From the human T2T-CHM13v2.0 reference genome, Homo sapiens, in the NCBI RefSeq assembly GCF_009914755.1, contig NC_060934.1: a DNA stretch of 64,000 nucleotides; one strand, written 5' to 3'. Numbering within the stretch: position 1 is the first letter of the stretch; every line of letters begins with the position of its first letter. Below the pieces are notes generated by a model. That model did no database searches and was not told where the DNA came from. It saw nothing but the letters and a program-made list of their open reading frames with translations. A program made the position numbers and the translations under genes. This document shows positions 11,371 through 27,600 of the stretch, in pieces.

Positions 11371-14300
11371 GGGCCTGATTTCAAGTTTTTTTACATTTAA
11401 TAGTCCACATTAAAGAAAATATTCTTCAACAAAATTAAATTTCAAAACTCCTTACATGAGTCATTGTACAACTTAATACTGTGAACAGACGCACGAGAGG
11501 AATATATTTAGGTAAATAAAACTTGTACAGGTTGGAGAACAATATTCTACCTTTCATAGTAGCACCGTAGTGTTGTTCAAATTGCAGCTTTATGCTAATT
11601 AGTGTTGTTCTGGCTTTTTAAAACGTTTAAGAAGTAACAGTTTAAATAAATTCCGAATTGATTAAGTAGTCAGTATTCCACAGATCATGGAAGATTTTAG
11701 AATTCTGGATATATTTCCATTCATCTGTATAATCAGTGTCTGGGCAAATAATCAATATGTCTAAAATCTTCATGACGAAACACTTAAATATTTCCTGACA
11801 AAGCTCTAAGAACATTTTAATATATCTGGCCATATGCCTGTAAGGTTGTATTACATTTTACAGGTATCTTATTTATTTAAAATTTGAAAATTGCGTTTTC
11901 TAAATTTACTGAATTTCTTTCCCTAGACCTGAAAAGGCAAAACATGTTTTATCAAAAAGGTTAAATCCTTTCACCACAAACTCCATTTTGACTTTTCCCT
12001 TGATAAACATTGCAGTAATATTTTATTTTGCTTTCACAGAAGAACCAAATGGCTCACATTAATTCTGTGTCTTATGTTTATCAATGAACCAATAGATTGT
12101 GATGAACAGAATCAAGACTTTGAAGTTGAAAGTGTCTCTGACTGATGCTACTTCACCTCTGTGAGACTCAGTTTTCACATCAGAAACACTGGCCACGTAG
12201 CAGCCCTTTTATTCTTCGGTTATATTTTCTTTCACAACTTCACAGTTATACAGGACTTAGAAAGAACAATGTCAGACAGACTAAAGTGGGACACTGAACT
12301 GTAATCAGAGAAGGAGATCTCTTTTTGAGAAAGGTGTCAGATATCCTGTGAAGTGAACTGTCTATCGCAAACATCACTGGTGTCTCTAAACAGCTCCACC
12401 AGTCGCAACTAAAAGTTAGCCTTTTTCAGCAGTGTAGAGATGAGAAGAGAGACTGATAGGTAATATGAAATAATAGAACTTACAGCACGTATTCAGATTG
12501 TATTTGTGTCCAGTCGCAATGTATAGGTTCATACATGTAAACTTCAAACACATATGTACAGTTTAAGCTTCACTCTTTATCCTCATTAGGATTCAACAAA
12601 ACTGTTTTGTAAAAAGGCCTTAAACATTCAATTAATAGCAGTATAATCTAATTCCAATATAGGAATCATAACTTTCAAAAAGATCCATTTGATTCAATTT
12701 TTCTAAAGTACATAATAAAAGTCATCTTATAGGCTTCTTACATATCTTAGGATATCTTTTAGAGTCATAGTGAATTGGCTTCATTAACTGGTCTTGAGGT
12801 TTGGGAAGTTAAGTTCTTCAAGCCCATGGCTAATAGATTTAACATTCAAGACCATCCATTTGATATATTTTCAAACTTCACAGGACTCCTGTTTTTATTC
12901 CCAAACTATAACCTTTTGAGGTCAAAAATAAAACTTTTTAAATCTTCATGTATTCTATTCACTTAATGTTATAATTTTTATAACTTCTATCTTTGTGGTA
13001 TAAACAAATATATTCAAGTGTGAAAAATTTTAACATCATGTTGTGTGGTAAATTTATTTACATTCAGTTTTGGGGTAGAAAGTGTATTCTTAAAAAGTTT
13101 AAAACCAACTGTTTTCATGATTAAGCTAATAGAAATTATTAAGCACATATTTGTTTGCCAAGAGAAATATTGAGATTGCTGATACTCATTTTTTTTTCTC
13201 CAAGAGTAAACTATAGTGAGTTCCACAAATGCAGTAAATATATCTGTTTTAGTTCACCACTATATTTCAAGTGCAATGCTCGGTTTAGACTTAAAATAAT
13301 TTTCCTTATGCAAGGTAACTGACTATATAGAAATTATTTGAATAGAGTTTGATTTTTCTATCCATTAAGAAATTACCAATATGGAAAATAAATTTCCTTA
13401 AGGGAAGGTGGAGGCATAGGCAGATTGATTCTGCTCACCCTCCATCTTATTCCCCCAAGTGTAGATTGGTCTTGTTAAATCGCCCATGCACTTGTTGCAG
13501 AAACAGTCAAAATGGCGGGTTAGAGGCTGTTAGCATGCCTCAGCCACTCGGAAATAGCAAAACAGTGCATAAAGATTGACACTGTGAGCTTTAATTCACG
13601 AAGGAAAGTGGGAATTCACCAGAATAACAAAGGACACTCCAGATCCAAGGGAGAAGATAGTGGGCAAGCCACCCCCTGATGGCGTTTGGCTGGTAAAACG
13701 ATATGGGTGCAGTGGAACATTTTCTTTCATGGCCAGACATATCTCCAGGCTTTTGATGCACCATATCTCCTGGGATAGGAGCTTCAGTTGCCATTCTTTT
13801 CCCACACAGACAATTTAGTACAGCAGCACTCCCTCCGCGTCACACTCAGACATACCTCCAGGCATTTGGCACACACACGTCCACAGATTAGTAGTTTGAG
13901 CCATTCATCCCTTCCCATGCAAAGACCTTATTACAGCAGCAGTTTCTCTGCTTTTGGCCAGGGTATATTTGCAGGCATTTGACACACACATTCTCTTGGC
14001 TTAGGAATCTGTGCTGCCCCTCCCTTCAGGTGCAGAGATTGTGGTACATTGGTGCTCTCTCTTCTTGATGCCCAGACATATCTCTGGAATTTGGAGCACT
14101 CACTCTTCTAGGTTATGATTTAGGCCACCTCACTCTTCCCATGCAGAGAACCTGAGGCAGCAGAAGTTTCTAGAATTCATGCCTAGGCACATCTCCTGGT
14201 TCTCACAGGCTGCCCACTGGGACCCTTTTCAAAGCTGATGCATGTGCATGCCATTGGGAAACCTGTGGGTGGGCCTGCTCAGTCTGGTCCCACACATCTT

Positions 14301-14490
14301 GGATCTTTCCTAAGGAGGAAGGTGATACCACTGTGCATTCCACAGATCAACCCATGGTCTGAGGCAACAGAGAGCTTCTCCCATTAAAAAAGGATTAGGT
14401 ATATACCCACCTATTTTGACCACAGGTGGCTCATACCCATAAGTGACACCTACTGGCCTAGAGTTTGAAATGCAAAACACAATAGAAAAT

Positions 14491-16400
<1,910 letters not shown>

Positions 16401-16810
16401 AGAAAATGAGCTGACACAAGTCAACAGACAAGTCAACAGCAGTGGGGAATGAGACAGGCTTCCTGAGATCTCCATGATTCCAGTCCAATAGGAAGCATTG
16501 AGCCTGCTCACATGCACAGTGCATTGCTACTAAAAATAACATTCAGGAAAGCCATCATACAAAGGCTATATGTAACCAAAGAACTTATACAGACTCTTTA
16601 GCCCTGAAAGCACCCAGAACCAAAGCCAGAAGGACCCTACAAATCATACATTATAGACACCTCCTGAAGGAGAAAAATTCCATCCAAATTAAAACAAATT
16701 CAAAAAATAAGGAGAGATAGCTTATCTAGATGATAAAGAACCAGAGAAACAACTATGAAAGTATGAAAAACAGAGTGCCACAACACTTCGAAAGATCACA
16801 CTGATTCTTT

Positions 16811-17118
16811 TTTTTTTTTTTTTTTTTTCTTTTGAGATGAAGTCTCACTCTGTTGCCCAAGCTGGAATGCAGTGGTACAATCTCGGCTCACTGCAACCTC
16901 CACCTCCTGGGTTCAAGCAATTCGATTCTCCTGCCTCAGCCTCCCAAGTAGCTGGCACTACAGGCATGCACCACCATGTCCAGCTAATTTTTGTATTTTT
17001 AGTAGAGACGGGGTTTCACTATGTTGGCCAGGCTGGTCTTGAACTCCTGACGTCCTGATCCACCCGCCTCAGTCTCCCAAAGTGCTAGGATTACAGGCAT
17101 GAGCCACTGCACCCGGTC
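16811..17118 (-). mobile_element. AluS (AluSg-like) inserted in L1PB ORF1
   Basis: Full Alu with long poly-T. TSD cacactgattcttt (16797-16810) / caccctgattcttt (17119-17132). Confidence 0.95.
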
Positions 17119-17602
17119 CACCCTGATTCTTTACCAATGAATCTAAACTAAATGAAATCTTTGAAATACCCTATGAAAAATTAAAAATATTGATTTTAAA
17201 GAAGCTCAATGAAATCCAAGACAAAGCTGAAAAAAACACAAAGAAATCAGAAAAACAATTCAGAATATTAAAAAAAGGGTAGATATCATTAAAAAACAAA
17301 CAGAATTTCTAGAAATAAAAAATTCATTAAAATAATTACAAAATACAGTTGAAAGTTTTAACAGTAGGCTATACCAACTGGAAGAAATAACTTCAGAGCT
17401 GGAAGACAGATCTTTTCAATTAATCCAGTAAGATAAAAATTAACAAAGAGTTTTTTTAAAAACTTAACAAAGCCTTTGAGAAACATAGGATTATGTAGTG
17501 TCCAAACCTACAAACTGTAAGTATTCCAGAGGAAGATGAAGAAAAAGTAAAATGTAAGGAAAATGAAGAAATAATTCAGCAAAACTCCCATGGGATTGTC
17601 TT

Positions 17603-18389
17603 TTTTGTGCAAATGGTAGCTATTTTTATTATTTCCTTTTTTTTTTAAATTTTACTTTAAGTTCTGGGATACGAGTGCAGAATGTGTAGGTGGTTACACA
17701 GATATATGTGTGCCATGGTGATTTGCTGCACTTATCAACCTGTTATCTAGGTTTTAAGCCCCACATGCATTAGCTATTTGTCCTAATGCTCTCCCTCACC
17801 TCAGCCGCCACCCCCCGACTGGCCCCGGTGTGTTTTTTTCCCCTTCGTGTGTCCATGTGTTCTCATTGTTCAATTCCCACTTATGAGTGAGAATATCCAG
17901 TGTTTGGTTTTTTGTTCCTGTGTTAGTTTGCTGAGGATGATGGCTTCCAGCATCATCCATGTTCCTCCAAATGACATGATCTCATTCTTTTTATGGCTGC
18001 ATAGTATTCCATGGTGTGTATGTACCATATTTTCTTTATCCAGTCTACTATTGATGGGTATTTGGGTTGGTTCCATGTCTTTGATATTGTAAATAGTGTA
18101 AATCAAAACCACAATGAGATACCATCTCACACCAGTCAGAGTGATGATTATTAACAAGTCAAGAAACAATAGATGCTGGTGAGGCTGTGGAGAAATAGGA
18201 AAGCTTTTACACTCTTGGTGGGTATGTAAATTAGTTCAACCATTGTGGAAGATAGTATGGTGATTATTCAAGGATATAGAACCAGAAATGCCATTTGACC
18301 AAGTAATCCCATTACTGGGTATATACCCAAAGGAATATAAATCATTCCACTATAAAGATACATGCACATGCATGTTTATTGCAGCACTT
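17603..18389 (-). mobile_element. L1PA8-like 5'-inverted LINE-1 with short 3' extension
   Basis: 17637-18098 is the minus-strand ORF2 end and 3'UTR ('gcttaaaacctagataacaggttgata'). 18099-18388 is the inverted upstream piece. TSD ggattgtctt (17593-17602 / 18390-18399). Confidence 0.9.
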
Positions 18390-21300
18390 GGATTGTCTTG
18401 GGAGAAATTTGGACATCTAGATACAAAAGGCTCAGAGAATTCCTAGTAGATAAATTGGAAAAGCCTCACTAATGCATATAGTCATCAGAATTTTCAAAGT
18501 CAAAGTGGAAAAAAAAATCCTAAAATCAGCAAGAGAGAAGCATCTAATCACCTATAAAGAAAATCGCATCAAACTAACAAAAGACTTTTCAGCAGAAAAT
18601 CTACAAACCAAAAGAGATTGGAAGACTATTTTTAGTCTCTTCCAAAAAAAAAATACCAGCTAACAATTTTATATCCTGCCAAATGAAGATTCACAAATGA
18701 AGATGAAATAGTCTTTCCAAGACAAACGAAAGGAATTCATTACTACCAGATCACCTTACAAGAAACTTTCAGTACAACTTTCTTCACAACAAAGTTTCAA
18801 TGCAACAAGGTTTAACTATCTATCCTAAATATATGTGCATCCAACACCAGAACACTCTGATTCATAAAACAAATACTACTGGTCCTATGAATAGAGATAG
18901 ACAGTTATACAATAATAGTGGAGGACTTCAACACCCTATTGACACCACTAGACTGATCACTGAAGCAGAAAATCAGCAAAGAAACTTAACTTAAACTGGA
19001 CTATAGACCAAGTAGACATAATAGGTATTTACATTACATTTCATCCTAAACCACAGAAAATACATTATTTTATCTTTGGATAGAGCATTCTCCTAAACCG
19101 ACCATATGCTTAGCCATCCAGCAAGTCTCCATAATTTTTTAACAATAAATCATATCAAGTATCTTCTTGGATCACAGTGGAATAAAATTAGAAATTAATA
19201 CCAAGAGTAATTCTCAAAACTACACAAGTAAATGGACTAAACAACTTGCTTCTGAATGACATTTGTGTAAGCAACAAAATTAAGGCAGAAATCAGGAAAG
19301 TTTTTGAAGCAATTGAAAATACAGACACAATATTTCAAAAGCTCTGGGATACAAAAAAGAAAAGTACTAAAGGCAAAGTTTATAGTGTTAAATGTCTACA
19401 TCAAAAAGAATGATCTCAAAGTAACATCCAAATTTTGCACCTCAAGCAACTAGAAAAAGGACAAACCAGACCCAAATCTAGCAGAAGAAAAAAAATAACA
19501 AAGATTATAGTAAAACTAAATGAGATCAAGACCAAATAAATAACAAAAAGGACCAATTAACAGCTAGTTCTTTGAAAGGATAAACAAAATTGACAGACTG
19601 CTAGTTAAATTAACCAAGGAAAGAAAGAGATTCAAAGAAGTACAATGAGAAGTGGTAAAAGTGACATTAAAACTGATACTACAGAAATACAAAAGATTAT
19701 AAGAGACTACTATGAACACCTTTATGTGCATAATCTAGAAAGCTTAGAGAAAATGCATTTCTAGAAAAACAGACAACTTCCCAAGATTGAAGTAGGATAA
19801 AACAGAAATCCTAAATAGACCCATAATGACTAACAAAGTTGAATCATCAACAAACATCTACCAACAACAAAAAGTCCAAGAACAGAAAGATTCAAAGCCA
19901 AATTTCATGAGATATACAAAGAAGAGCCAATACTCATTTTACTGACACTATTTCAAGCCATCAAGGAGGAAAGACTCCTCCTTCTCTCTTTTAACAAAAG
20001 TGGTATCATCTTGATAACAAAATCGAGCGAGGCGACAATGTAAAAGAAAGCTACTGGCCAATATCCTTGATGTGCCTAATGCAAAAATCTTCAACAAAAT
20101 ACTAGCAAACCAAATCCAACAGCACATCAAATATACAATACACCATGATCCAGTGGGTTTATCCAAATGATGTAAGGATGGTTCAACATACGGTAATCAA
20201 TAAATACGGTTTACCACATAAAGAGAACTAAAATAGAAAAAACATATGATTATCTCAAGAGATGCAGAAAATTCATCTGATAAAATCAACACCCCTTTAT
20301 GATGAAAACCCTCAACAAATTAAACATTGAGAAACATACCTCAATATAATAAGAGCCATGTATGACAAGTCAACAACCAAAATTATGCTGAATAAGGGAA
20401 AGTTGAAAACAATCTCCATAAGAACTGGAACAAGACAGGATGTCAACTCTTATTCTTATTCAACATAGTAGTGGAAGTCACTTGTAATGTCATTTTTACC
20501 ATTTATCATTATTCTTCTGGGAATTTCTCTTATCTCTTGGTTAATTTAACTAGCAGTCAATTTTGTTTATCCACTCAAATAACTAATTGCTTGTTTAGTT
20601 GATCCTTTGTGTTGTTTATTTGGTCTTGATCTTATATAGTTCTGCTATGATCTTTGCCTGATCTTTCTTCAGGCAAAATAAAGAAAAGGCATTGCAATTG
20701 GGACCAAAAAAAAAAAAAAATGTCAAATTATCTCTGTTAAATGATGGCATAATTGTGTATCAGAAAACCCTAATGACTCCCCCAGAAGACCTCTCCACTT
20801 GATAAATGACTTCAGTAAAATTTGAAGACACAAAATCTGTGTACAAAAATCAGTAGCATTTCTATACACCAATAACATTCAAGCTGAGAACCAAATCAAG
20901 AATCAATCTCATTTAAAATAGCTGCAAAAAATAAAATAAAATACCTAGAGATACAATTAAGCAAAATAGTTAAATATCTGTACAAGAAGAATGACAAACA
21001 CTGATGAAAGAAATTATACATGACAAAAACAAATGGAAAACCATCCTATGCTCATGGATTGGAAGAATCAACATCATTAAAGTAAACATACTGCACAAAT
21101 CAATCTACAGATTCAATGCAATGCCTATCAATTTAGCAATGTTATTTCTTACATAATTATAAAAAAAAAATCTTAATGTTTAGATGGAAGCAAAATAGAT
21201 CCCAAATAGCCAAAGCAATCCTAAGCAAAAAGGACGAATCTAGAGGAATCACATTGTGTGATTTCAAATTATATAATACTATAAGTCTATAGTAATTAAG

Positions 21301-23514
21301 ATAGCATGCTACTAGTACAAAAATGGAGACATAGATCAATGGAACAGAAAAGATAACTCAGAATTAAAGCACACACTTACAATCAGTCGATCTTCAAAAT
21401 GTTAACAAAAGTAAATAGGGAGGAAAGATGCTCTATTCAATAAATGATGCTGGGAAAATTGGCTAGCCACGTGCAGAATAATGAAACTGGAACCATATCT
21501 CTCACTGTGTACAAAAATCAAGTCAAAGTGGATTAAAGACTTAAACATAAGACCAGAAACTATAAAATCCTACAAGAAAACCTAGAAAAATCTCTTCTGG
21601 ACATTTGCCTTAGCAAATAATTTATAATGATGACCCTGAAAGTAAATGCAACAAAAACAAAATAGACAAATGGGTCTTAATTAAACTAAACAGCTTTTGC
21701 ACAACAAAATAAATAATTAACAGATTAAACAGATAACCTAAACAATGGGAGAAAATATTTTCAAATCATGCTTCTGACAGAAGACTAATATCCAGAATCT
21801 ACAAGAAACTCGAACAACTCAACAAGAAAAAAAATAATTCCACTGAAGAGTGGGCAAAAACACGGACATTTCTTAAAAGAAGAAATACATACAGCCAACA
21901 AACACATAAAAAATTGCTAAACATCAGTAATCATCAGAGAAATGCAAGTTAAAATCACAATGAGATATAATCTTACCCAGTCAGAATGGTTAATATTAAA
22001 AGTCAAAAAACAAGAGATGTTGGTGTGGATGTCAAGAAACGGCAATTGTTTATACACTGTTGGTGAGAATGTTAATCAGTTCATCTTCTATTAAAAACAG
22101 TATGTAGATTTCTCAAAGAAGTAAAAGTAGAACTACCGTTCAACCCAGCAATCTCATCCCTGAGTATCTACACAAAGGTAAAGAAATCACTGTAGGAAAA
22201 AGGCATCTGCATTTGTATGTTCAACACAATACTACTCATAATAGGAAAGTAATGGAATCAACCTAAGTGTCCAACAGCAGTTGACTGAATAAGGAAAATG
22301 TGGTGTATACATCATGACAAACTGTGCAGCCATTAAAAAGAATAAAATTATGTCCTTTACAGCAACTTGGATGGAACTAGAGGTCATTATCCTAAGTGAA
22401 CTCAGAAAATAAAATATTCCATGTTCTCATTCATAAGTGGAAACTAAACAAGAGGTACATATAGATGCAAAGATGGAAATAACACACCTCAGAGACTCAA
22501 AAATGAGCGAGGGTAGAAAAAGTTTGAGGGTTGAAAATTACCTATTGGTTACAAAGCTCACTATTTGGCTAATGGATAGAGTAGAAGCCCAGTCCCTAAC
22601 CAATATACAATATAATTATGTAACAAATATGCATATATACCCCCGAATCTAAAATAAAATTAAAATTAAAAAAAGAAATTAATATTAGCTGTAGAGAGTA
22701 GTATATCTTCACTGAAAAGTTATATGTAAATTTTGTATGGTGCACCAGAATATATAAAAGTATATTTACAGTACATAAAAATTGTAACAAAATATATATT
22801 TCCTTTTAAAATGGTTTCTGGAATAAACGACTCAACAGAAAAGCAAGACTAAAGGTAAACAAGAAAGCTATATACATATAGGTTTCTTATATATGTGTGT
22901 TAGTATACATATATACATATATATAATTTTAGATTCAGGTGGCACATATACATATTTGTTACATTATTATATTGCATAGTGGTGGGGATTGGGCTTCTAC
23001 TCTACCCATTAGCCAAATAGTACATATATATATAGATATAGATATAGATATATAAATAGATACACACATGCACACCTATGCACACATACATACATATATT
23101 TAAAAACACAGCTAATGTATACCTTACATATATATTACATACACATATATTTTAAAAGCATGTTCCCATTAGTCCGAAACACAGAAATGGATTTTATGAA
23201 TTTGTATGCCAGAATAAGACATCACATTGAGTTGTAGAATATTCCAACACTGTGGGTTCATGAGCCATTCTGAAAAATAAATTACACCAATAATGGATTC
23301 CAATACTTTAACCATTTCTTGCGAAATTTTCTATATATTAATATTACTAATTTGTAAAAATATTTACATTATAGTCACAGACACTAAAAACCTTAAAATC
23401 ATTGAAGAAAATGTCCATTTTCTTAGTAAATGAATGAATATTTAAATTATACAGTAATGAGCGAAATTTAGTAATGAACTGAAGTTTAATTCAAAATTAC
23501 AAATTAGCAGCTTA

Positions 23515-23635
23515 GATCAGGCATGATTCCTCATGCCAGTAATCCCAGCAATTTGGGAGGCCAAGGTGGAAGGATCACTTGAACTCAGAAGTCTGAGACG
23601 AGTCTGTGCAACACAGTAAGACCTCATCTCTACAA
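23515..23635 (+). mobile_element. Alu monomer (FLAM/AluJ left arm)
   Basis: 'gatcaggcatgattcctcatgccagtaatcccagcaatttgggaggccaagg...gacctcatctctacaa' with no right arm. Confidence 0.85.
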
Positions 23636-24539
23636 TTGTTTATGTTTATATAAATATAATTATATATATAATTATATATATATATAATTGGAAACTCATT
23701 TCTCTGATTAAACAAAGGAATGTAATTAATAAAACACTGCAACCTCATTATTCATAAAGAAATAGTCTACAATTTGTATTTCACTCTAAGCAACTCATTT
23801 AGGAGCTTGAAAATTTTATTTTTACAGTTTTTTAAAGCACAAAATGAGCACATTCAAGCTAAAACTGATAAAATGGGAATAATACCATCCATGTGAGTGG
23901 CTGAGCCTAGTAATAATTTGCAGTAAATATTATCACAAAAAGTTGGAACTGGAATTCTTGGGAAACTGTTTTCTGCTGAATAATTTCAAGTCGGAATTCA
24001 GTTCTGGTAAAAAAAAATTACTGCTGATATGCACTAACTTGATTGTCACAGGTTAGCATGTAAATGAAGAAAGATTTAAGCAGGTACCTGTCTAAATTAA
24101 TGTAGGCAGCTGTTACAAGTACATGCATTCAAACCTCAGGGCATAGCTCTGCCTCTCTAAAAAGGACTTGCCCAAGATCAGAATATAGAATAAGAGCTTT
24201 ACATTTTATCTTTATTTAAATTCTCCCTCCCCTTTTTGTGGAATTGTGAGTGAGCAGCAATACTACATGCCTTTTATAACCCTTTCTAAAAATATATTGA
24301 CCACAGTTTTACTAACAGTTAGAAAATTGGAGTATGATCTCAAATATACTTAATGAAGACACACATTCCACAGAAAAAAATTAGTTTAAATTTAGTTTCC
24401 TAAGAAAATAATTATTATTATAGAGAAACTATTTTGAAAAAGGAGATAAGAATTTAAAATATTTGTAAAATAATAAAGTTGATTCTCCAGTCATACCTCA
24501 AAATCAGTTTCATCTTTAGCACATTTCTACCCATCAGGG

Positions 24540-24581
24540 GTGTGTGTGTGTGGGTGTGTGTGTGTGTGTGTGTGTGTGTGT
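24540..24581. repeat. (TG)n microsatellite
   Basis: About 20 units with one interruption. Confidence 0.95.
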
Positions 24582-24679
24582 ATCTGAATTGACAGTGAAT
24601 AGCTATAAAATAAAGTGGTATGAAACAGGACAGAAAATGCTAGAGAAAGAGAATGATGAGAGGGCACAGGTCAAATAAT

Positions 24680-27600
24680 AAAATGAGAGATATGGAATTC
24701 AGAACTTGGTTTTCAATGAAGATCATCGAGATTCACAACAAAGTATAAATGCAATCCAAGTAATCTAAGGAATCTAGCAAAATGACATAAGAGCTGAAAG
24801 ACAAAATATTCATTTATAAAAGGAACAAACTGATCTGATGAAGCTAAAAAGCTGACTACAAAAATTTTGAAAAACAATCAAAAGCACTACACAGCAGAAT
24901 AGGCCAAGCTGAAGAAAATCTCAGAGCTCTAAGACTGGTTCTTCAGGTCAACTCATTCGGATTAAAAAGAAGAAAAAAAAAACAGAGTAAACAAAATAAA
25001 CAAAATCTCTGAGAAATATGGGATTATGTAATGAGACCAAACCTGAAATTAATTTGCATCTCTGAAAGAAAGAGAGAGATTGCAAGAAACTTGGAAAATA
25101 TTTTGTGGGTATTAACATTAACCATGGAAATGTCTCCAATATTGCTAGAGAGGTTGACATGAAAACTCAGGAAAGACATTTGAGAACTATACTCAAACAC
25201 TTGACTAGATGAGCCTAACAGATATCTATAGATTTCTCCAACAAAAAACAGCAGAATATACATTCTTCTTACCTGCACATGGTACACTAAAATCAACCAG
25301 ATGATTTTCCATGAAGCAATTCTCAACAAATTAAAAAAAACACATGCACACAAAATCATATCAACCACATTGAGACCACAGCACAATAAAAATAGAAATC
25401 AATACACGGGAGATCTCTCAAAACTATACCATTACATAGAAATGAAACAATCTGTTCTTGAATCACTTTTGGGTAAACAATGAAATTAAAGCAGAAAACA
25501 AGAAATTATTTGAAACTAATGAAACAAAGATACAACATACCAGACTCTGGGACACAGCTAAAGCAGTGTTAAGAGGAAAGTTTCTAGCACTAACTGCCCA
25601 CATCAAAAAGACAGATTTCACACTAACAACCTAACACCACACTGACAGGAACTAGAATAACAAGAGCAAACCAATCCCATAGATAGAAGAAGACAAGAAA
25701 TAACCAAAATCAGACCTGAACTGAACAAAACTGAGATGCATCAAACCATACTGAAGACCAACAAAAATATGTTGGTTCTTTGAAACAATAAGATTAATAG
25801 ACTGGTAGCTAGACTAGAAAACATGACAGAAGATCCACCTAAATACAATGAGACGTGACAAAGGGGATATTACCACTGATTTCAAAGAAATAAAACAAAC
25901 CCTCAGAGAATCTGGTGCAGATTTCTAGTCACATAAACTAGAAAACCTTGAAGGCATAAATAAGTTCCTGGAATCACACAACCTCCTAAGATTGAACCAG
26001 AAAGAAATTGCAACCCTGAATACAGCATTAATGAATTACAAAATTGAATTAGCAGTAACAAACCAACCAACCAGAATAAGCCCTATACCAGATATATTTA
26101 CAGCTGAATTCTACAAAGTGGCTTAACAAAATCTGGTACCAATCCTACTGAAACTATTCCAAAAAACTGAGGAGGGACTTCTCCCTAACTTACTCTATGA
26201 GGCCAGCATTATTCTGATACCAAAACCTGGCAGAAACATGAAGGTAAAAGAGAACTTCAGGCTAATTACTGTGGTGAATGTAGATGCAAAAATCCTCAAC
26301 AAAATACTAGCAAACTGAATCCAGCAGCATATCAAAAAGTTAATCAACCAAAATTATGAAGGCTTTATTCCTGGGATGCAAGGTTAGTTCCACATTTGCA
26401 ACACAATAAAATGATTCAGTGATCCATCGTATAAACAGAACTATAAACCAAACCACGTGATTATCTCAATAGACACAGAAAAGACTTTTGATAAAATTCA
26501 GTGTCCCTTTATGGTACACATCCTGAACAAAGAAGACATCATTTTGAATATACCTCAAAATATAATAGCCTTCTATTGACTGACCCACAGAGAACATCAT
26601 ACTGAATCGGCACATGCTGGAAGAATTCTTCTTGAGAACTGGAACAAGACAAGGATGCCCAGTTTCACCAATCCTGTTCAACATGATATTGGAAGTCCTA
26701 AACAGAGGCATAATGCAAGAGGAAGAAATAAAATGCATCCAAATAGAGAGGTATTCAAACTATCTCTGTAGACAATGGGATTCTATGCCTAGAAAACCCC
26801 ATAGTCCCTGCCCAAACACTCCTAGAATTGATAACGTCAGCAAAGTTTCAGGATACAAAATTAATGCACAAAAATTGTAGCATTTCTATACATCAATAGT
26901 GTCCAAGGTGAGAGCCAATCAAGAGCACAATTGCATTCATAATAGCTGCAAATAAATAAAATACCTAGAAAAACAGCTAACTAGGGAGGTGAAAATATTT
27001 ACAATTAGAATTATAAAACACTGCTGAAAGAAATCAGAAATGAAACAAACAAATGGAAATACATACCATGCTCATGGATAACAAGAATCATTATAGTAAA
27101 AAGGGCATACTGTCCAAAGCTACTACAAATTCAATGCTATTCCATTCAAACTACCAATGTCATTTTTCACATAATTACAAAAAACTATTCAAAATTTACA
27201 TGAAACCAAAAAGAGCCTGAATAGCCAAAGCAATCCTAAACAAAAACAACAAAGTTGAAAGCATCACACTACCTGACTTTAAATTATACGACAAGGCAAT
27301 AATAACCAGAACAGCATGATACTGGTACAAAAAGAAACATATAAATCAATGGAACAGGTTAAAGAACACAGAAATAAAGCTACACATTTATAACCATCTA
27401 ATCTGGGACAAAGTCAACTAAAACAACCAATGGGAAACAACTCCCTATTCAATAAATGAAGCTGCAGCAACTGGCTAGCCCTATGCAGAAGACTGACACT
27501 GGATCCTTTCCTTTCACCACATATAAAAATGGATTTAAGACTTAAATGAAAAACTTAAAACTATGAAAATTCTTGAAGAAAATCTAGAAAATACTAGACA

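Noticed and set aside
13730-14200. Regularly spaced repeats as a CRISPR-like array
   Set aside because: Whole units are homologous (no unique spacers), the context is a eukaryotic L1 5'UTR, and there are no cas genes.
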